NCBI GenBank assembly: GCA_013239625.1
Contig: MU053196.1
Location: 62,001 to 126,000, forward strand
Direction of reading: 5' to 3'
DNA: 64,000 nucleotides
Source of the DNA: Lama guanicoe
Lineage: Eukaryota
In this document: positions 1 through 14,425 of the stretch, piece by piece
How positions within the stretch are numbered: the first letter of the stretch is position 1
How the letters are laid out: each line of letters begins with the position of its first letter
Program-made: the position numbers and the translations under genes
The notes under the pieces: generated by a model
What the model saw: the letters and a program-made list of their open reading frames with translations, nothing else
What the model was told of the DNA's origin: nothing
Database searches by the model: none

Positions 1-49
1 CATAAGTGCCTGGAAGCACACGTCCAGAATGAGAGTAGGAAGGATGAAG

Positions 50-195
50 TTACGTGGACTTCATCAGGCTGACCTGGGTTTAAATCCTAGCCTCATGATT
101 TTCTCAGCTCGGTGACCTTGAGCAAAGTCATTTAACCTCCCTGACCCTTAGTCTTCCTCAGCTGTAAAAACGGAGACACTAACTACCTCACATGG
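50..195 (+). mobile_element. MIR SINE
   Basis: GACCTGGGTTTAAATCCT...GTGACCTTGAGCAAAGTCATTTAACCTC...CTGTAAAA core. Confidence 0.8.
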
Positions 196-1649
196 CTCTA
201 CATGCACACACACATGCATGTATATCACACGTACTGCAGAACTTAATGAATGCTCATTAATGGTACCGATTTCATGGTATTAATGTAAACAGCACCAAAC
301 TGACTGTGGTAAAGAAAGGCACAGGAGAGCCAAGAGAACAGGAGTCCCGGAAACCAAGAAAGAGCAGAACATGCTGAGTCTTTAGTGACACGTCTCAGCG
401 GACGGGGGACCTGCTGCCTGACACGGAGTCCGTGCTCCCTCTGCCACCTGTGCACCTGCGGCCCCAGTTTCTCTGCAGTGGCGATGGCATGCAATGCTGT
501 CACTCTGCCCCAAATCTACTCCGCTACTGAGCTAAGGAATTCTTAAAGCTCTATCTATGACTACTCACTTTGCAGGATGGGGGAAAAAATGAAATGCTAG
601 GATGTTTCATGATCAGCAAACACTGTTCAATATAATAAGCCAAATGCTGCCCTTGTCTGTAACTGCTGGTTTCTGGCTTTATTACATTTTGCTCTTGTAA
701 GAAGAAATAAAAGGTACTGGCCATTTAGAAGTCAGCTCCAGTTTCTGACACAGACAACTGACAGTGAGTCAAGGCCAGTGCTGTTACAAAAACCAAAGAG
801 AACAGGAACCAGGAAAGCAAAGGACAGACATGCCTCGGCAACTATGCCTTGGCCCTAGGGTGGCTTCCTGCAAAGCAGCACGTAACTGTGCAGGTGATGC
901 TTTGAGACCCAGCAAGAGACTGAGGCAGGGGTCCCCCTGTGGCGCAAGCCACACGCACAGCACATACCTATCACTGCGGCCAGCACAGGCCACGGTCGCT
1001 TTCAGAGCGGACACCCAGGTCCAGGCGTGAAGGCCCCGGTGCTTAGCGGCACTATCCTTACCTACCCACTATCTTCAACAAACGGTCTCTGCCTTTTGCA
1101 CCTCGGGACCTATTTCCATGATCTCTGGGAAGGAGCCAGAGAGGGCCAGCCCAGAATCCACGGGAACCACAGGAGTGGCGTTAACACCAGAGATGGAGGC
1201 AGTGGCCAGAGGTGGGGAGAGGGGAGCTCAAAGCGGGGACCAAGGAGAACACATCAGAATCAGTCATTCAGGGAAAGGAAGAAAAGCAATCCAGACAGAA
1301 GGGCACGGGCTAAGGCAGGGAGAATGAACCACAAGGCATTCTGACATGTGGGCAGCTGGTGGCGCCTAGAGAGGGGCGGGCAGGAGAGCCCGAGAGAAAG
1401 CCACCAGCACCCCCTGAATGTAAGTGCTGCATCCTAGAGTCAAGGGTGGGGGCGCTCGGGGTGGGGGGTGGATTTACTTTGCTAAGTTTCATCCAAGCCA
1501 AAGTTCCCCTTTGGATCTGTCGAGATGTGGTCCCAGACAACTGAGGAAATGGAGCTATGCTGTCCAGCAGTCAAACACAGCTTTCAGTTTTCACAGAGTA
1601 AGTTTCCACACACCACCTGGGCCCCCAGTCACCCATGTGACCCACACTA

Positions 1650-2138
<489 letters not shown>

Positions 2139-2248
2139 TCATGACCTATCACCCAGCAATTCCATGTGTGGGAATTTATCCTATAAAAATTGTGGTAACA
2201 GCAGAATAAATTAGCTACAAGGATGTTCACAGAAGTATTATTTACAAA

Positions 2249-2468
2249 TTGGGAGCTGGAGGTTTGGAGATACTAACTACTATATATAAAACAGACAACA
2301 GCATTCTTCTGTACAGCACAGGGAACTGTATCCAGTATCTTGCAGTAATCTATCATGAAAAAGAATATGAAAAGGAATATACGTATGTACATGTAGGACT
2401 GAAACACGATGCTGTACACCAGAAACTGACAACACTGTAAACTGACTATACTTCAGTAAAATAAATTT
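2249..2468 (+). mobile_element. Short 5'-truncated L1 3' end
   Basis: GTACAGCACAGGGAACTGTATCCAGTATCTTG...AACTGACTATACTTCA; the same motif recurs at several loci in the window. Confidence 0.75.
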
Positions 2469-2483
2469 AAAAAAGGACATTAA

Positions 2484-3057
2484 GGCCCTTTGCGCTCTCT
2501 CTCCATGGAGTGTGTATCTACTTTTACTTTAACCTGAGCACCCAATTCCCACACCTCTTTCCTTGCCTTTCTCTTACCTTACATCGTATGCAGTGTGTAT
2601 CTCTCTAAATAAATCTACCTTTACTCAACGGTGACTCGCACTTGAATTCTTTCCTGTGCGAAGCCAAGGACCCACACTTGGCGAGGCATGCCCCAGGGGC
2701 TCAACCGAGACCTGGGACTCAGCCCTCCTTACACCCTACGTCCGTTTTCCTGCATCATATGTGTTTCCTGTCTTTCTTTCTTAAAGAAAACTTGGACTCT
2801 GCCATCCAAAAGGTACAAGTATTATGTACATATGGCGGCCAAGCAAATATATTGGGGTTCTCAACAATTCTTTGATTGTACCAATCTTCAGGAAATTGGC
2901 CATCTTAACCTTTGTTGCAACAGCCTGGACCACAAAGGTCTTTACCTTTTGGGGAGTAAACCTCTGAATTTTATCTACGTGACACACCCCACTCTCATGT
3001 GGAAAAGCCTCTTATTGCTTTAAAATCACTATATATATACACACACACATATATATT

Positions 3058-3089
<32 letters not shown>

Positions 3090-4026
3090 TATATACATTA
3101 TTTAATTGATGGCCATATGATGGATCCTTTAATTTGGAGAAACTTCTAAATTGGTGAAAGTTCAGAGAGCTCTCATTATAAACAGCTGTTGTATTGGTAT
3201 CTATCAAAATCAATCAATTTTAAAGGTGGAAAAATATATCTAATGTTTAACCTAAGAACTTAGTTAAAAAAAAAAAAAGGTTTGAAAAGCTACATTTGTG
3301 CTTTCCCTTTCCCCTCAATGGGTTTGAGAGATGCTAATAAAATCATTATAATAATTAATGTTACTTACGTTGAGTAACTGGAAAAAGGAATGTAAAAAAT
3401 GTCAAAAGATTTTTCTTAACAAGCAGAAATAAGGGACTTATCCCAAATGGATAAATATTTTTATATGGTTATTTTGAATGGGATAAATAAAATGGACATT
3501 TTGGATTAAGATACAAGAGTTTGATACTACAGTGCAGTAAGTTAAAAAAAGGCCAAAGGGATCACCTACTGGTCCCCAATATTAAAGTTCAAACAAGTCC
3601 GCTTTATCTACCCCAGTTTAAAATGTATATATTTAAAGGGCTGGAAAAACATATAGACTGACATAACTGATCAGTGATTGGGGCAACAGACCAAATTAAT
3701 CAAATTAAAAACTGACAAAGGCCTAAGTCCTTTGGCTGAAACTTAGGGATCCCAGAGACTTTTAGATAAAATTAGATAAAATGGACAAAAAATAAAAGGA
3801 AAAGGCTTCTGGCACTCCTTCTAGAATTAAGACTTATTGATTAAATCTAATAAATATTAAAATTAAAGGTACAAGAATTGATAAAATTGAGATAAAAGTT
3901 TGTAAAATTAGTATATTTAAATGGGCTTTAGATAAACCTCTTTTGCTTAATTATGTTGTGGGATAGATATGTTTCAATGGGAAAACGCTTCCCCTCCGAA
4001 AAAAATAAAAAAAATAAAAAATAAAT
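2484..4026 (+). mobile_element. Poly(A)-tailed retrocopy of an LTR/ERV-derived transcript
   Basis: Identical 15-nt TSD AAAAAAGGACATTAA at 2469-2483 and 4027-4041; TT/AAAA site; A-rich tail 3999-4026. The 5' part (2484-2757) looks like LTR R-U5, with AATAAA at 2608 and a ...TGCATCA end. Confidence 0.8.
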
Positions 4027-4359
4027 AAAAAAGGACATTAAATTTAAAAAAGGAGAACTCATTATATTACTGTTAAAACATTTCTATACATCTAAAATTA
4101 TTCCAAAATAAAGTTTTTAAAAATTATACAACCTATGCTAAAATATAAAATTAGAAATGCCTCACACAGTTGTCAATTATAACTAAAGCTGACCAGCTCA
4201 CAACAGAACTTTAGCTGTAAAACCAACACAGTAAACATTTTAAGACCACTTTAAACTACCTGCTATTAAAACAACTTTCATGAACTAATAAATGCAATAT
4301 TAGAACACTAAAGTGTATCTGCCATATATAATAAAAACAATACAGCATTTCCTACAAGT

Positions 4360-5200
4360 CAAAACCAGAATGAAGTATCACCTCACACCTGTCAGAATGG
4401 CTATCATCAAAAGTTAAGAAACAGCAAGTGCTGGTGAGGATGTGGAGAAAAGGGAACCCTTGTGCACCGCTGCTGGGAACGTAAACCAGTGCAGCCCCTC
4501 AGGAAAACACTATAGAAAACACAGTGGTCCCTCCAAAATTAAAAACAGAATTACCATATGAGCCAGCAATTCTACTTCTGGGCATTTACCCAAATAAAAA
4601 GAGAACACTAATTCAAAAAGAGATATGCATCCCAGCGTTCACAGCAGTATTGTTTACAACAGCCAAGACAGGGAAGCAACTTGTGTTAATGGATAAAGAA
4701 GAGGTAGTATCACATCTGTGTATGTGTGATGGAATATAGATACATTCCAGCCTGGGAAAGAAAGAAACCTTGCCATTTGCAACAACTCGGATGGATGTAT
4801 ATGCTAAGTGAAGTAAGTCAGAGAATGACAATAATCTCATGATCTTACATATATGCAGAATCTAAAAAACAAACGAACAAGCAAAACAAAAAATGGACTC
4901 ATAGATACAGAAAACAAAGAGGTGGTTGCCAGAGGGGAGGGGTGTGGAATGGAGGTCCAAAAACGTAAGGGGATTAAGAGGTACAAACCCCCAGTTAGAA
5001 AATAAATAAGTCACAGGGAATGTAAGGTACAGCATAAGGAATACAGTTAGTAATTTCGTAATAGCTTTGTTTGAGGACAGACGGTTGTTGAGTCTTAATG
5101 TGATAATTTCATAATGTGCAAACGCTGAGTCACTATGCAGTGCACCTGAAACTAAAAATATTGTACATCAACTATATTTCAATAAAAACAAAATAAAGTA
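4360..5200 (+). mobile_element. L1 3' fragment (ORF2 C-terminus and 3'UTR)
   Basis: ORF 4524..4739 LKTELPYEPAILLLGIYP is L1 ORF2-like; followed by 3'UTR motifs and an A-rich end. Confidence 0.88.
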
Positions 5201-5637
5201 GGCTTTGGAAAACTAAAAAAGAGAAGGGTAGATCATTTCCTTCAAATGTTACAAGGAAAGTATCACATGATCGGCTGTGCTCTACTTCCGGACCACTACC
5301 TGCTCCTAGCCATGCGCAGGGTTAGACACATTATCACAAAGACCATGTTATCGTCCCTCCACTGTACAGATGAAAGGAAACTCAGAGCTCAGTCCACAAC
5401 GCAGGTTACATGAGCTGCCCGTGGTCACAGAGCTAATAAAAAGTAGTCAAGTTTCTAGACCAAACAAGAAATGATCTCATCCAGTTCCTGAAAAGACCAG
5501 TCATCCAAAATAAGTTTAAAATGCTGCATAGAGTGAAACATTGCAAAATTCATTTGCTGTTCACACTCATGTCCAGTCTGTGATGCTGTCCTCACGTATC
5601 TGGCACCTGAACCCAAATAACTGCTCACAGAGGTCTT

Positions 5638-6243
5638 CTTTTTTTTAAATGAAGTATAATTGGTTTACAGTGTTAGCTTCAGTTGTACAGCAAAGTGATT
5701 CAGTTATATACATATGCCTGTTCTTTTCCAGATTCTTTTCCATTTTAGGTTATTCCAAGATACTGAATATAATTCCTTGTGCTACATAGCAGGTCCTTGT
5801 TGTTTACTGATTTTATACATAGTAATGTGTATCGGTTCATCCCAAACTCCTAACTTATCCCTCCCCCAATTCCCTTCCCCTTTGGTAACCATAAGTTCGT
5901 TTTCTATAAACAAATATATGTATGTATATGCATGACTGGGACATTGTGCTGTACACCGGAAACTGACACATTGTAACTGACTATATTCCAATAAAAACTA
6001 CAATTAATTTTTTTAAAAAGTTTGTTTTCTATGTCTGTGAGTCTGTCTCTGTTTTGTAATAATTTCATTTGTATCATTTTTTTAAGATTCCACATATAAG
6101 TGACATATATATTTGCCTTTCTCTAACTGGCTTCATTTAATGTGATAATCTCTAGGTCCATCCATATTGCCACAAATGGCATTATTTCATTGTTTTTATG
6201 ATCAATATTCCATTTTATACATATGTATGTATAGATATATACG

Positions 6244-6281
<38 letters not shown>

Positions 6282-7015
6282 GTACATCCCACAACTTCTT
6301 TATCCATTCATCTGTCGATGGACATTTAGGTTGTTTCCATGTCTTGGCTACTGTAAACAGTGCTGCTGTGAACACTGGGGTACATGCATCTTTTCAAATT
6401 AGAGTCTTCTCCAGATACATGCCCAGGAGTGGGATTGCTGGATCATATGGTACCCGTACTTCTAGCTTTTTTGCGGAACCTCCATACTGTTCTCCATAGT
6501 GACCAATTTACACTCCCACCAGCAGTGTAGGAGGGCTCCCTTTTCTCCACACCCTCTCCAGCATTGACCATTTGTAGACTTTTGATGACGGCCATTCTGA
6601 CTGGTGCAAGGTGATACCTCACTGCAGTTTCAATTTGCATCACTCTAATAATTAACAATGTTGGGCATCTTTTCACGTGCCTGTTGGCCGTCTGTGTGCC
6701 TTCTTTGGAGAAAGGTCTATTTATGTTGGGTTATTTTTTTTATTGAGTTATTTAATTAATTAATTAATTAATTAGACACTGGGTTGGCTGTATGAGCTGT
6801 TTGTATATTCTGGAAATTAAGCCCTTGTCAGTCACATCATTTGCAAATATTTTCTCCCATTCTGTAGGGGTTTTTTTTTTTTTTTGCTTTTTCTATAGTT
6901 TCCTTTGCTGTGCAAAAGCTTTTAAATTTAATTAGGTCCCATTTGCTTATTTTTGCTTTTATTTCCGTTACTCTAGGAGTTAGATCCAAAAAAACATATT
7001 GCTGCGATTCACAAA
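5638..7015 (-). mobile_element. L1 3' fragment with a nested opposite-strand L1 3' end (5908-6017) and a (CA)n tract
   Basis: ORF 6443..6676(-) RYHLAPVRMAVIK is L1 ORF2 C-terminus; nested piece is flanked by AAGTTYGTTTTCTAT. Confidence 0.88.
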
Positions 7016-7373
7016 GAGTTTCTAATGGGCTTTTAAATTTACCATTTCCCTTTTTAATTCTAGGTTTTTGTAAGACCTTATACAGGATATGAAGAGACAG
7101 CTAAAAGGTTGAAAATAAAGACAGAGATTCACCAAGAGGTGGAAACCAACAGTGAAAGAAAACCTGCTTCTATAAACACCATCCAGGACACGTGAGTACA
7201 TTTTCAAGTTGAACAAACCTTGACTTTAAACTCTGCTCTTTCACTGACTAGTTGTACGATCTTGAGCAACTAAACTGCTTTCCCTTGGAGAACCTAACAG
7301 CACAGTGCTTGACCCGGAGCTCCTAAATACGTATTAGGAAAATGCTTTTCAGGAAACAAAACAAATAACTTTA

Positions 7374-7613
<240 letters not shown>

Positions 7614-7664
7614 TTAAAACACGTAAGATTTAACTCATGTTTGGCATTAAAAACTGAAAAATCA

Positions 7665-7770
7665 GGGTGAGGGGTCTAGCTCAGTGGCAGAGTATGTGCT
7701 TAGCATGCACAAGGCCCTGGGCTCGATCCCCAGAACCTACATTAACAAAATTAATTAATTAATGTAATAA
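7665..7770 (+). mobile_element. tRNA-derived SINE (vic-1-like, camelid)
   Basis: A box TAGCTCAGTGGCAG, B box GGCTCGATCCC, AT-rich tail, TSD GAAAAATCA (7656-7664 / 7771-7779). Confidence 0.85.
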
Positions 7771-9199
7771 GAAAAATCATCTCACTTTTACAGTTTAGGA
7801 TTATATGGATATACAGAATAAAAGGTAAAATATATAACCATGCTTACTTTAAAGAGCACTGTAAGATTCATTCATTTATTCATTCAACAAATAATCAGTT
7901 GATGGCATTGTAAGGAAAATTGTTTCTCTCAGAGAGGTTAAAATTCAGAGTGGGATTCTGGGAAATCAAGTTACCCCAAAATCTAAAAAATTAGGTTTTT
8001 GTGAGAACAGACACATGGGACTCAGCAAAGGGCTCTGGAACATGACACAAGAGGCAGATACGTCTAAGCAATTCCGAGAAACCAAAGTCACAAAAATTAC
8101 TCATGTGACGCATTTTCCAATATCACAGTCCTCGTCAGAATGTTCTACAATTGACCCACCATCCTTCAGAATTTATTCTATTACATGAATTACAGAATGA
8201 GCAGGAACATTAGGGAATCCACCGAGCTCCTGAACACGGCCGCGCACCCTGGCGGCGGCGCCCTCCCCTGGACTCCCAGGGAAGCGGCCTCCCGGGCCTT
8301 CACCACGGCAGCCAGCCACCTGGACGGGGTCTCCGCCCTCTGGCTGCCACTCCCTCAGCTCTAAGGCAAGGACGTCCGCACGGAGCCCCTGCAAGACCCC
8401 AAGCGGCTCACGCATGGTAAAGAGCCTCAAAAGACTACGCACCGCTGACCAGAAGCAAACAGCGAGATGCACATGGCGACCCCAGACCAGCAAGCTGAGT
8501 CTCAAAGCACGGCTGATTATCTGGGGTGGAGACAAGTGCTATACTTCACATATGGATCAGAAAATACTACAAAATAAAACCTTGTGCTTAAAAACAAATC
8601 AGACGTAGGATGCAGGTCCCTCCTCCTCTCTTCCCCGCGCCTTCTGTACCTTTCTCCTCTTGGTGCAGCAGCAGTGACTGACACCTCTGCCCTGCCCTCC
8701 TCCGGTCCTGACCACCCGTGTCCCCAGCCCCTGACACACAAGCCACGTAGCATCTACCTTCTCCTTCAGCGGGAGAGCTTCCATATTGCACTGCTGGGGT
8801 TTGGGGATTGTCCTGACAGCTGCCAAAAGGCAGAAAACCATGAATGAAGGTACACTTGCTCCTCAGTCTCCAGAGGATTGACTCCAGGACCCTCTGTGAT
8901 ACCAGAATCCCATGATCCCAAGCCCCTTCCGGTTGGCCCTCCACATCCAGGGTCCAGGGGCCGACAACCGTTTACTGAAAAAAAGCGAGTATGGGTGGAC
9001 CCAAGCAACCCAAACCCAAGCAGGGTCAACTGTACATCAAAAAGGCCTGAGAACTCCAACCCAGAGAAGCAAACAGCAAGTGCACACCTGCACCCGGCCT
9101 GTATCACATCATGAGACAGCCAGCAAACACACCGCAAGGGCAAATTCCAGCCACCCGCCTGCGCCCGAGCTGTTACAGAGCGTCACCGCTCCATGTGAC

Positions 9200-9765
9200 A
9201 CAGAATTCTAAAAACGGTCCCCCGAGATTCCCACCCTCACAGCTGGGATGTGGTCTAGGGCAGCACACCCCAGGTACTGCGCTCGAAGGCACTGCTCTCG
9301 GCGAGGGGATGCTGCAGCTGTGATAACGATCGCTAACCAGCTGACTGGAAAATGGTGCGCACGCGGACTTGCGCTGCGGCCTCATTTAACCCCAGCGCAG
9401 GCCCCCGCCAGGCCCACCCCCTGCGCCAGTTGCAGACGGGGAAGCCTGACCTGCATGGCTGGCTCTGGAGACAGAAGGGGCCACACACAACCACCAGAAA
9501 GACATGGAGAGCAAGTCCCAGTCAGCAGTCACAAAGGAAACCGGGGCCTCAGCCCTGCAACTACGAGGAACTAAACTCTGTGGATTAACAGGAATGGGTT
9601 TAGAAGGGGACCCTGAGCTCTGGATGGGAACACGGCCAGTAACCCCCCGATTTCCACCATGAGACCCTGAGCTGAGAACCCAGTCACACTATAGACTTCT
9701 GACCTGCACAACTGGAAGGTGATGAAAGGGTGCTTCTTTAGGTCACTAAATCTGCAGTGACTTGG
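9200..9765 (+). mobile_element. MaLR LTR (MLT1-like)
   Basis: CAGAATTCTAAAA...CCCCCGAGATTCCC start, GACTTCTGACCT...AACT and GGGTGCTTCTTTAGGTCACTAAAT end motifs. Confidence 0.65.
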
Positions 9766-10921
9766 GCCCTCGAGGAGAGCACGATGTCTTCCATCTATAC
9801 CACCCATCAACCAGAACGCCCTGCACACCTGCCTGGGCCCGGGACCCCTACCAAGGACGTGCGCTTGGGTCCCCTGCTGGCAATACCTCCACAGCTCACC
9901 TGCCCCTTGGGGGGAAAGACCTTCTGGTTTGTAAAGTGTCCACCCAGTCCCCAACGCCTCCCTCAGGGCTCAGACACAGAGCTCAGGCCCCAATCCCACC
10001 CCCTCCCTCACCCTGGGATCCAGCGTGCACAGGGTATCCTGTGGTGCAGACTCAGGATGGTTAGGGGTCTGCCTGGCACATGGCCTGTCCTGCCCCATCT
10101 CCTGGCTGACGCTGGGCTGCTGCCACGACACTGCCCCAGCTCTCTGTGCTGAGGACCCCAAAGCTAAGGAGCTAAAGCACTGTAACACTGTGGGTTTACC
10201 TTGGTGCCAGAGTTCAGATCGTGGGTGCTGCGTTGCATTGTTTTCTCTATGTATATAATAATATTTAACAACATAGTAATATATATACACTATACCTACA
10301 TGTATATATAAAACCTGTGTGTCTGTGTATACGTGTACTTAAAAAAAAAAAAGACTGCTGTCATGTAGGACTGCAGGACCCCAGGTTTCAGACTGTCCAA
10401 GGGAAACCACAAGTTTGTGTTTTCATGTAAAACCCCTAACTCACAAATGCAGACCACCCAGTTAAGAAACGTGTCCATCTCACCACCACTGAATCTGCCG
10501 CCGCTCTGTGCCTGAAACCCTCCCCCAGACACTCGCACCCACCCCTCCCTCTGTTCCAGTCTCCACTCAAGTACCACCATCCTCAGGGATGCCATCCTCA
10601 GCCACCATCCTTGGCCACCATCTTTAGAGCCTCCACACACACTCGAACCCCTTCCACCTGCTTTACTGGCCTCCCGGCACTGACCCCACCCCCACAACTG
10701 CAAGTCCTGGGAGCTCTCTTCACAGCTGTCTGGCTCCGTTTCCCTCAGCAGTGGGAAGGGAAGCAGTCTGTTTTGTTCACAACCACTCCCAAGCCTGAAG
10801 CTGTGCGAGGGCTCGGCTCGTACAGATGGCTGGCTGCCCCATGCCGGGGATAAGCCTGGAAACGTGCACAGTGGTGAGTGTGGAAAGTCCTTCCGTTCCG
10901 AGAGAGCAGAGACCTGCCTCA

Positions 10922-11086
<165 letters not shown>

Positions 11087-13904
11087 TTAGTGTTGAAATC
11101 TGTGAATCAGAAAACAACAGCAACGTTAGCCGAGTGCTGCGAGCTCGGCTCGGGGGATCTGACAGCGAGACGCCCAGAGGCAGAACCGGGCACGCGGGCG
11201 GTCGTGCCGGTCCAGACAAGGGAGTCCACAGGATATTCGCATCCACCACAAACTCTAGGAAACGAAAAGCTTTCACCACATTATTGTAATCCAGGGTGTT
11301 CCAAGATCGAGAAGCCTCAGTTACTGCGCTGAAAGAAGCACGGACCAGGGGGCCGAAAACCCAACCATGAGACACACATAAGAGACACCCAATAACAAGG
11401 TTTTTGGCCCCAATTCCTCGTGGTCTGCACTCCTTAAACTGGGGGCTGAGGTCGTACACAGGGGGGAATATGAGAAAACATGAGAAAACTAGACGGTTCA
11501 TTTTCCTGGAGCATTGGTTCATCCAGATTTCAAATCCTTCTCAACATTACATCAGACGAACAGAATTAAAAGAGAAACGTCTTAAGGGTTAATTTAACTG
11601 CACGAGGGAACACTTTTTCCAGCATGTTTTCACATCCTCCCCAAAGTTTTCCGTTATTACTGGGACTATGATGCACCAAGCCGGCCTGCAGCCCGGGCCA
11701 CACGAGGAGGGAACATCCTTTCTCCTGCCTCCCACCGTAGGGAAAAGGGGGGTGCACAGAAAGGAAGAAAGAGGCGAGGCGGGGAGACCAGGTGCACGGC
11801 CCCAGCCCCCACACTGGAGGTGGCCCCAGGCCCTTCTTACATTCTGTCCCAGGAAAAAGAACTCAAGAGGAGTCCCAGGAATAGGCTTCAAGGAAGAGAA
11901 GGAAAGGAATCGGCAAGAAGACTAACAAAAGCCCAAAAGAGTGTGTGCCACCCTGAACTAAGTTAAGACTCTCTTTCTTCAACGTGCCAGGGACCCCACC
12001 TTCAGGCCTTAAACTTCCTCTAACTAGAATGGGCTAGCAGTAATTCCTGTGCACTGCATGGATGCTCTGGGGCCAGCCCTCAGGAGTTCTGGGTTGCATT
12101 CATCCTTCATTCATCAAGGAAACACTACTGTTAACGTCCATACAGTAGCACAATTCTAAGTGCTTTATATAAACTCATTTACACCCCCCAACAAACTGAC
12201 TGAGGGGGCCTCACTGTTCTCCCCTCCCCGTTTTCTCCATAGAAACATGACAACGGGGTGACAGGCATGGAGCTATTTACTGGTGGCACCAGGAGGACTG
12301 AGACTGGGCGGGAGCCCATGCCCTAGGCCACTACACACAGCTGTTCTGCTACTAACATTTTTAGTGAACTCTTAAGATATACACCAGGCACTGCTCCAGG
12401 CTGAGGAAGTTCCTGGCCTTCAGGAAGGTGAGAATCTTGGATCTAGTACTCAGAAACAAAAATAACCAACCTAAACCCCAAAGCCGCCGCCCCACTTGTC
12501 CTCAGAGCTGGGGGCGGGGGGGGGGGAGGAGGCGTGCCCTGTAGGCAGCAGCTCAGGCTCACAGGCCGCTGGACGAAAGCATCTGTGCTCCGGGTCTTCT
12601 CAGGGGACTTTCTTCCCTGACATCTAAGCCAGTAACGTCCCTGCTCCGAGGTCACTGAACACAGCAGGCTGATCCACACCCTGCCTTTTATCCCGGTTGT
12701 TTCTATACCCAAAATTCTTCTCTTCTCCGTGTCACCCGCCCCCACCTCCCACTGACGCTCAGCCCTGGCCCAGTGTACCAGCGCTCAGGAAACTTTCCAG
12801 GCCCACTTAGGCCAGGTAAGGTGCCCGCTTCTTAATTACTTGAGAACTCTAGGCTTCGTCTCTGCTCGGGGATGAAACCGCCCTCCACAGTAACTGTCCG
12901 AGTATTTCCCGAGGGGAGGGGAGATTCTGTAACTCTGTACCAAAACGCCGGCCTGTTCCCTTCGCGTTCATTCCCTCCCCTCATAAAAACAGCACGACGC
13001 CGTACACGCTGCTCATGCATGACTTTAATGGTGGCACAGATTACCTTTTACCTTTAGGCAAGTTTTGACAGACTCAGCCTGGCACTAACGTCCATGCTGA
13101 GACCAACAGCTCTATGGCAGAAGGGGTTTATGTGCGGTATCAGCCCACTCCTAGACAGTGGACGACGTGGCAGCCAAGGTGAGGGAAGCACCAGCCCAGT
13201 GACACACACTGGGAACTAACAAACCAGTAACAGGAAATATGCTGAAACAGTCTGTTAAATTCTCTGCTTGCCCAACCGAAAACTCATATACTAAAAAAAT
13301 GTTAAGTTCCTTCATTTTACTTAAATTGTTTAAACAGTAATTAATTTCTACAGCGTTTACGTAAGGATATTTCAGAGAGAGAGCAAAGAAACAGGACCAC
13401 GACTGCCGCACTGTTCTCTCTGCTTCCCAAGCGGTCAGACAACTCACAAAGTGCAAGGGGCCTTGCCTGTCACTCCTGTGCCTTCCCGGGACCACGACAC
13501 GTCCTGCCGGGACCACGACCACCCCAGTCAGTGCGAGTATGGTCCACTGCGCGCCTGCAGGGCTCAGACCTCACGCCGCCCAGTGTCCTCCAGTTTTCCC
13601 CCAGGCTCACGCACGCCAGGCTGGGGTCTTGAACACTGCGGCACACAGGTCCTGTGCCTATGGCCCATGAGCGATCTGGGCCCCAAAAAGAAATCACAGG
13701 CTCCAAATACCGAAAAAAAAAAAAAAAACCCTGCAAAATACAAATTCATGTTTAAATTCATTTACAAATAATATTAGATCACATTAACTACATTGATATA
13801 GTGATTTCATTACATTTGAAAGCGGCTTATAGATTAGATTGATCAGGCACTCAGAGCACCATTTCTAAATATGTACGACTGTCACCAACTTAAGTTAGAT
13901 AATT

Positions 13905-14425
13905 ACAAAAATGATCTGTACAGTCACCACGTGACCCAGCAATTCCACTCTTATGCAAAAGAACACACGTCTACACAGAAACCTGTACACAAATGTTCCC
14001 AGCAGCATTATGCAGAGGCCAGAACAGTGGAAAGAACTCAAATGTCCATCAAGTGATAAATGGACAGATAAAACGTAGTGCGTCTGCACAAAGGAGCCTT
14101 ATTCTGCAATACAAGGGAACGAAGTACCGACAGGCACTGCGATGTAAGTGAGCCTCGAAGGCACACCAAGTGAGTAAAGCTGGTTCCAGAAGACCCGGTA
14201 TTGTATGACCCCATTTATATGAATTATCCAGAAGAGGCAAACTCGTAGACACAGAAAGTATTTTAGTGGGAAATAACTGCTGATTAGGGGACAAAAAAGT
14301 TCTAAAATTCACTGTCATGTCAGTGTTTGCACAACACTGTGAATGTGCTGAAAACCACTGGATCATACATTTCAAATGGGCATATGGAATGGTGCGTGAA
14401 GGATATTTCAGTAAGGCTGTTAGAC
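13905..14425 (+). mobile_element. Old L1M 3' fragment
   Basis: GACCCAGCAATTCCACTC, AAATGTCCATCAA and CCATTTATATGAA motifs. Confidence 0.75.
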
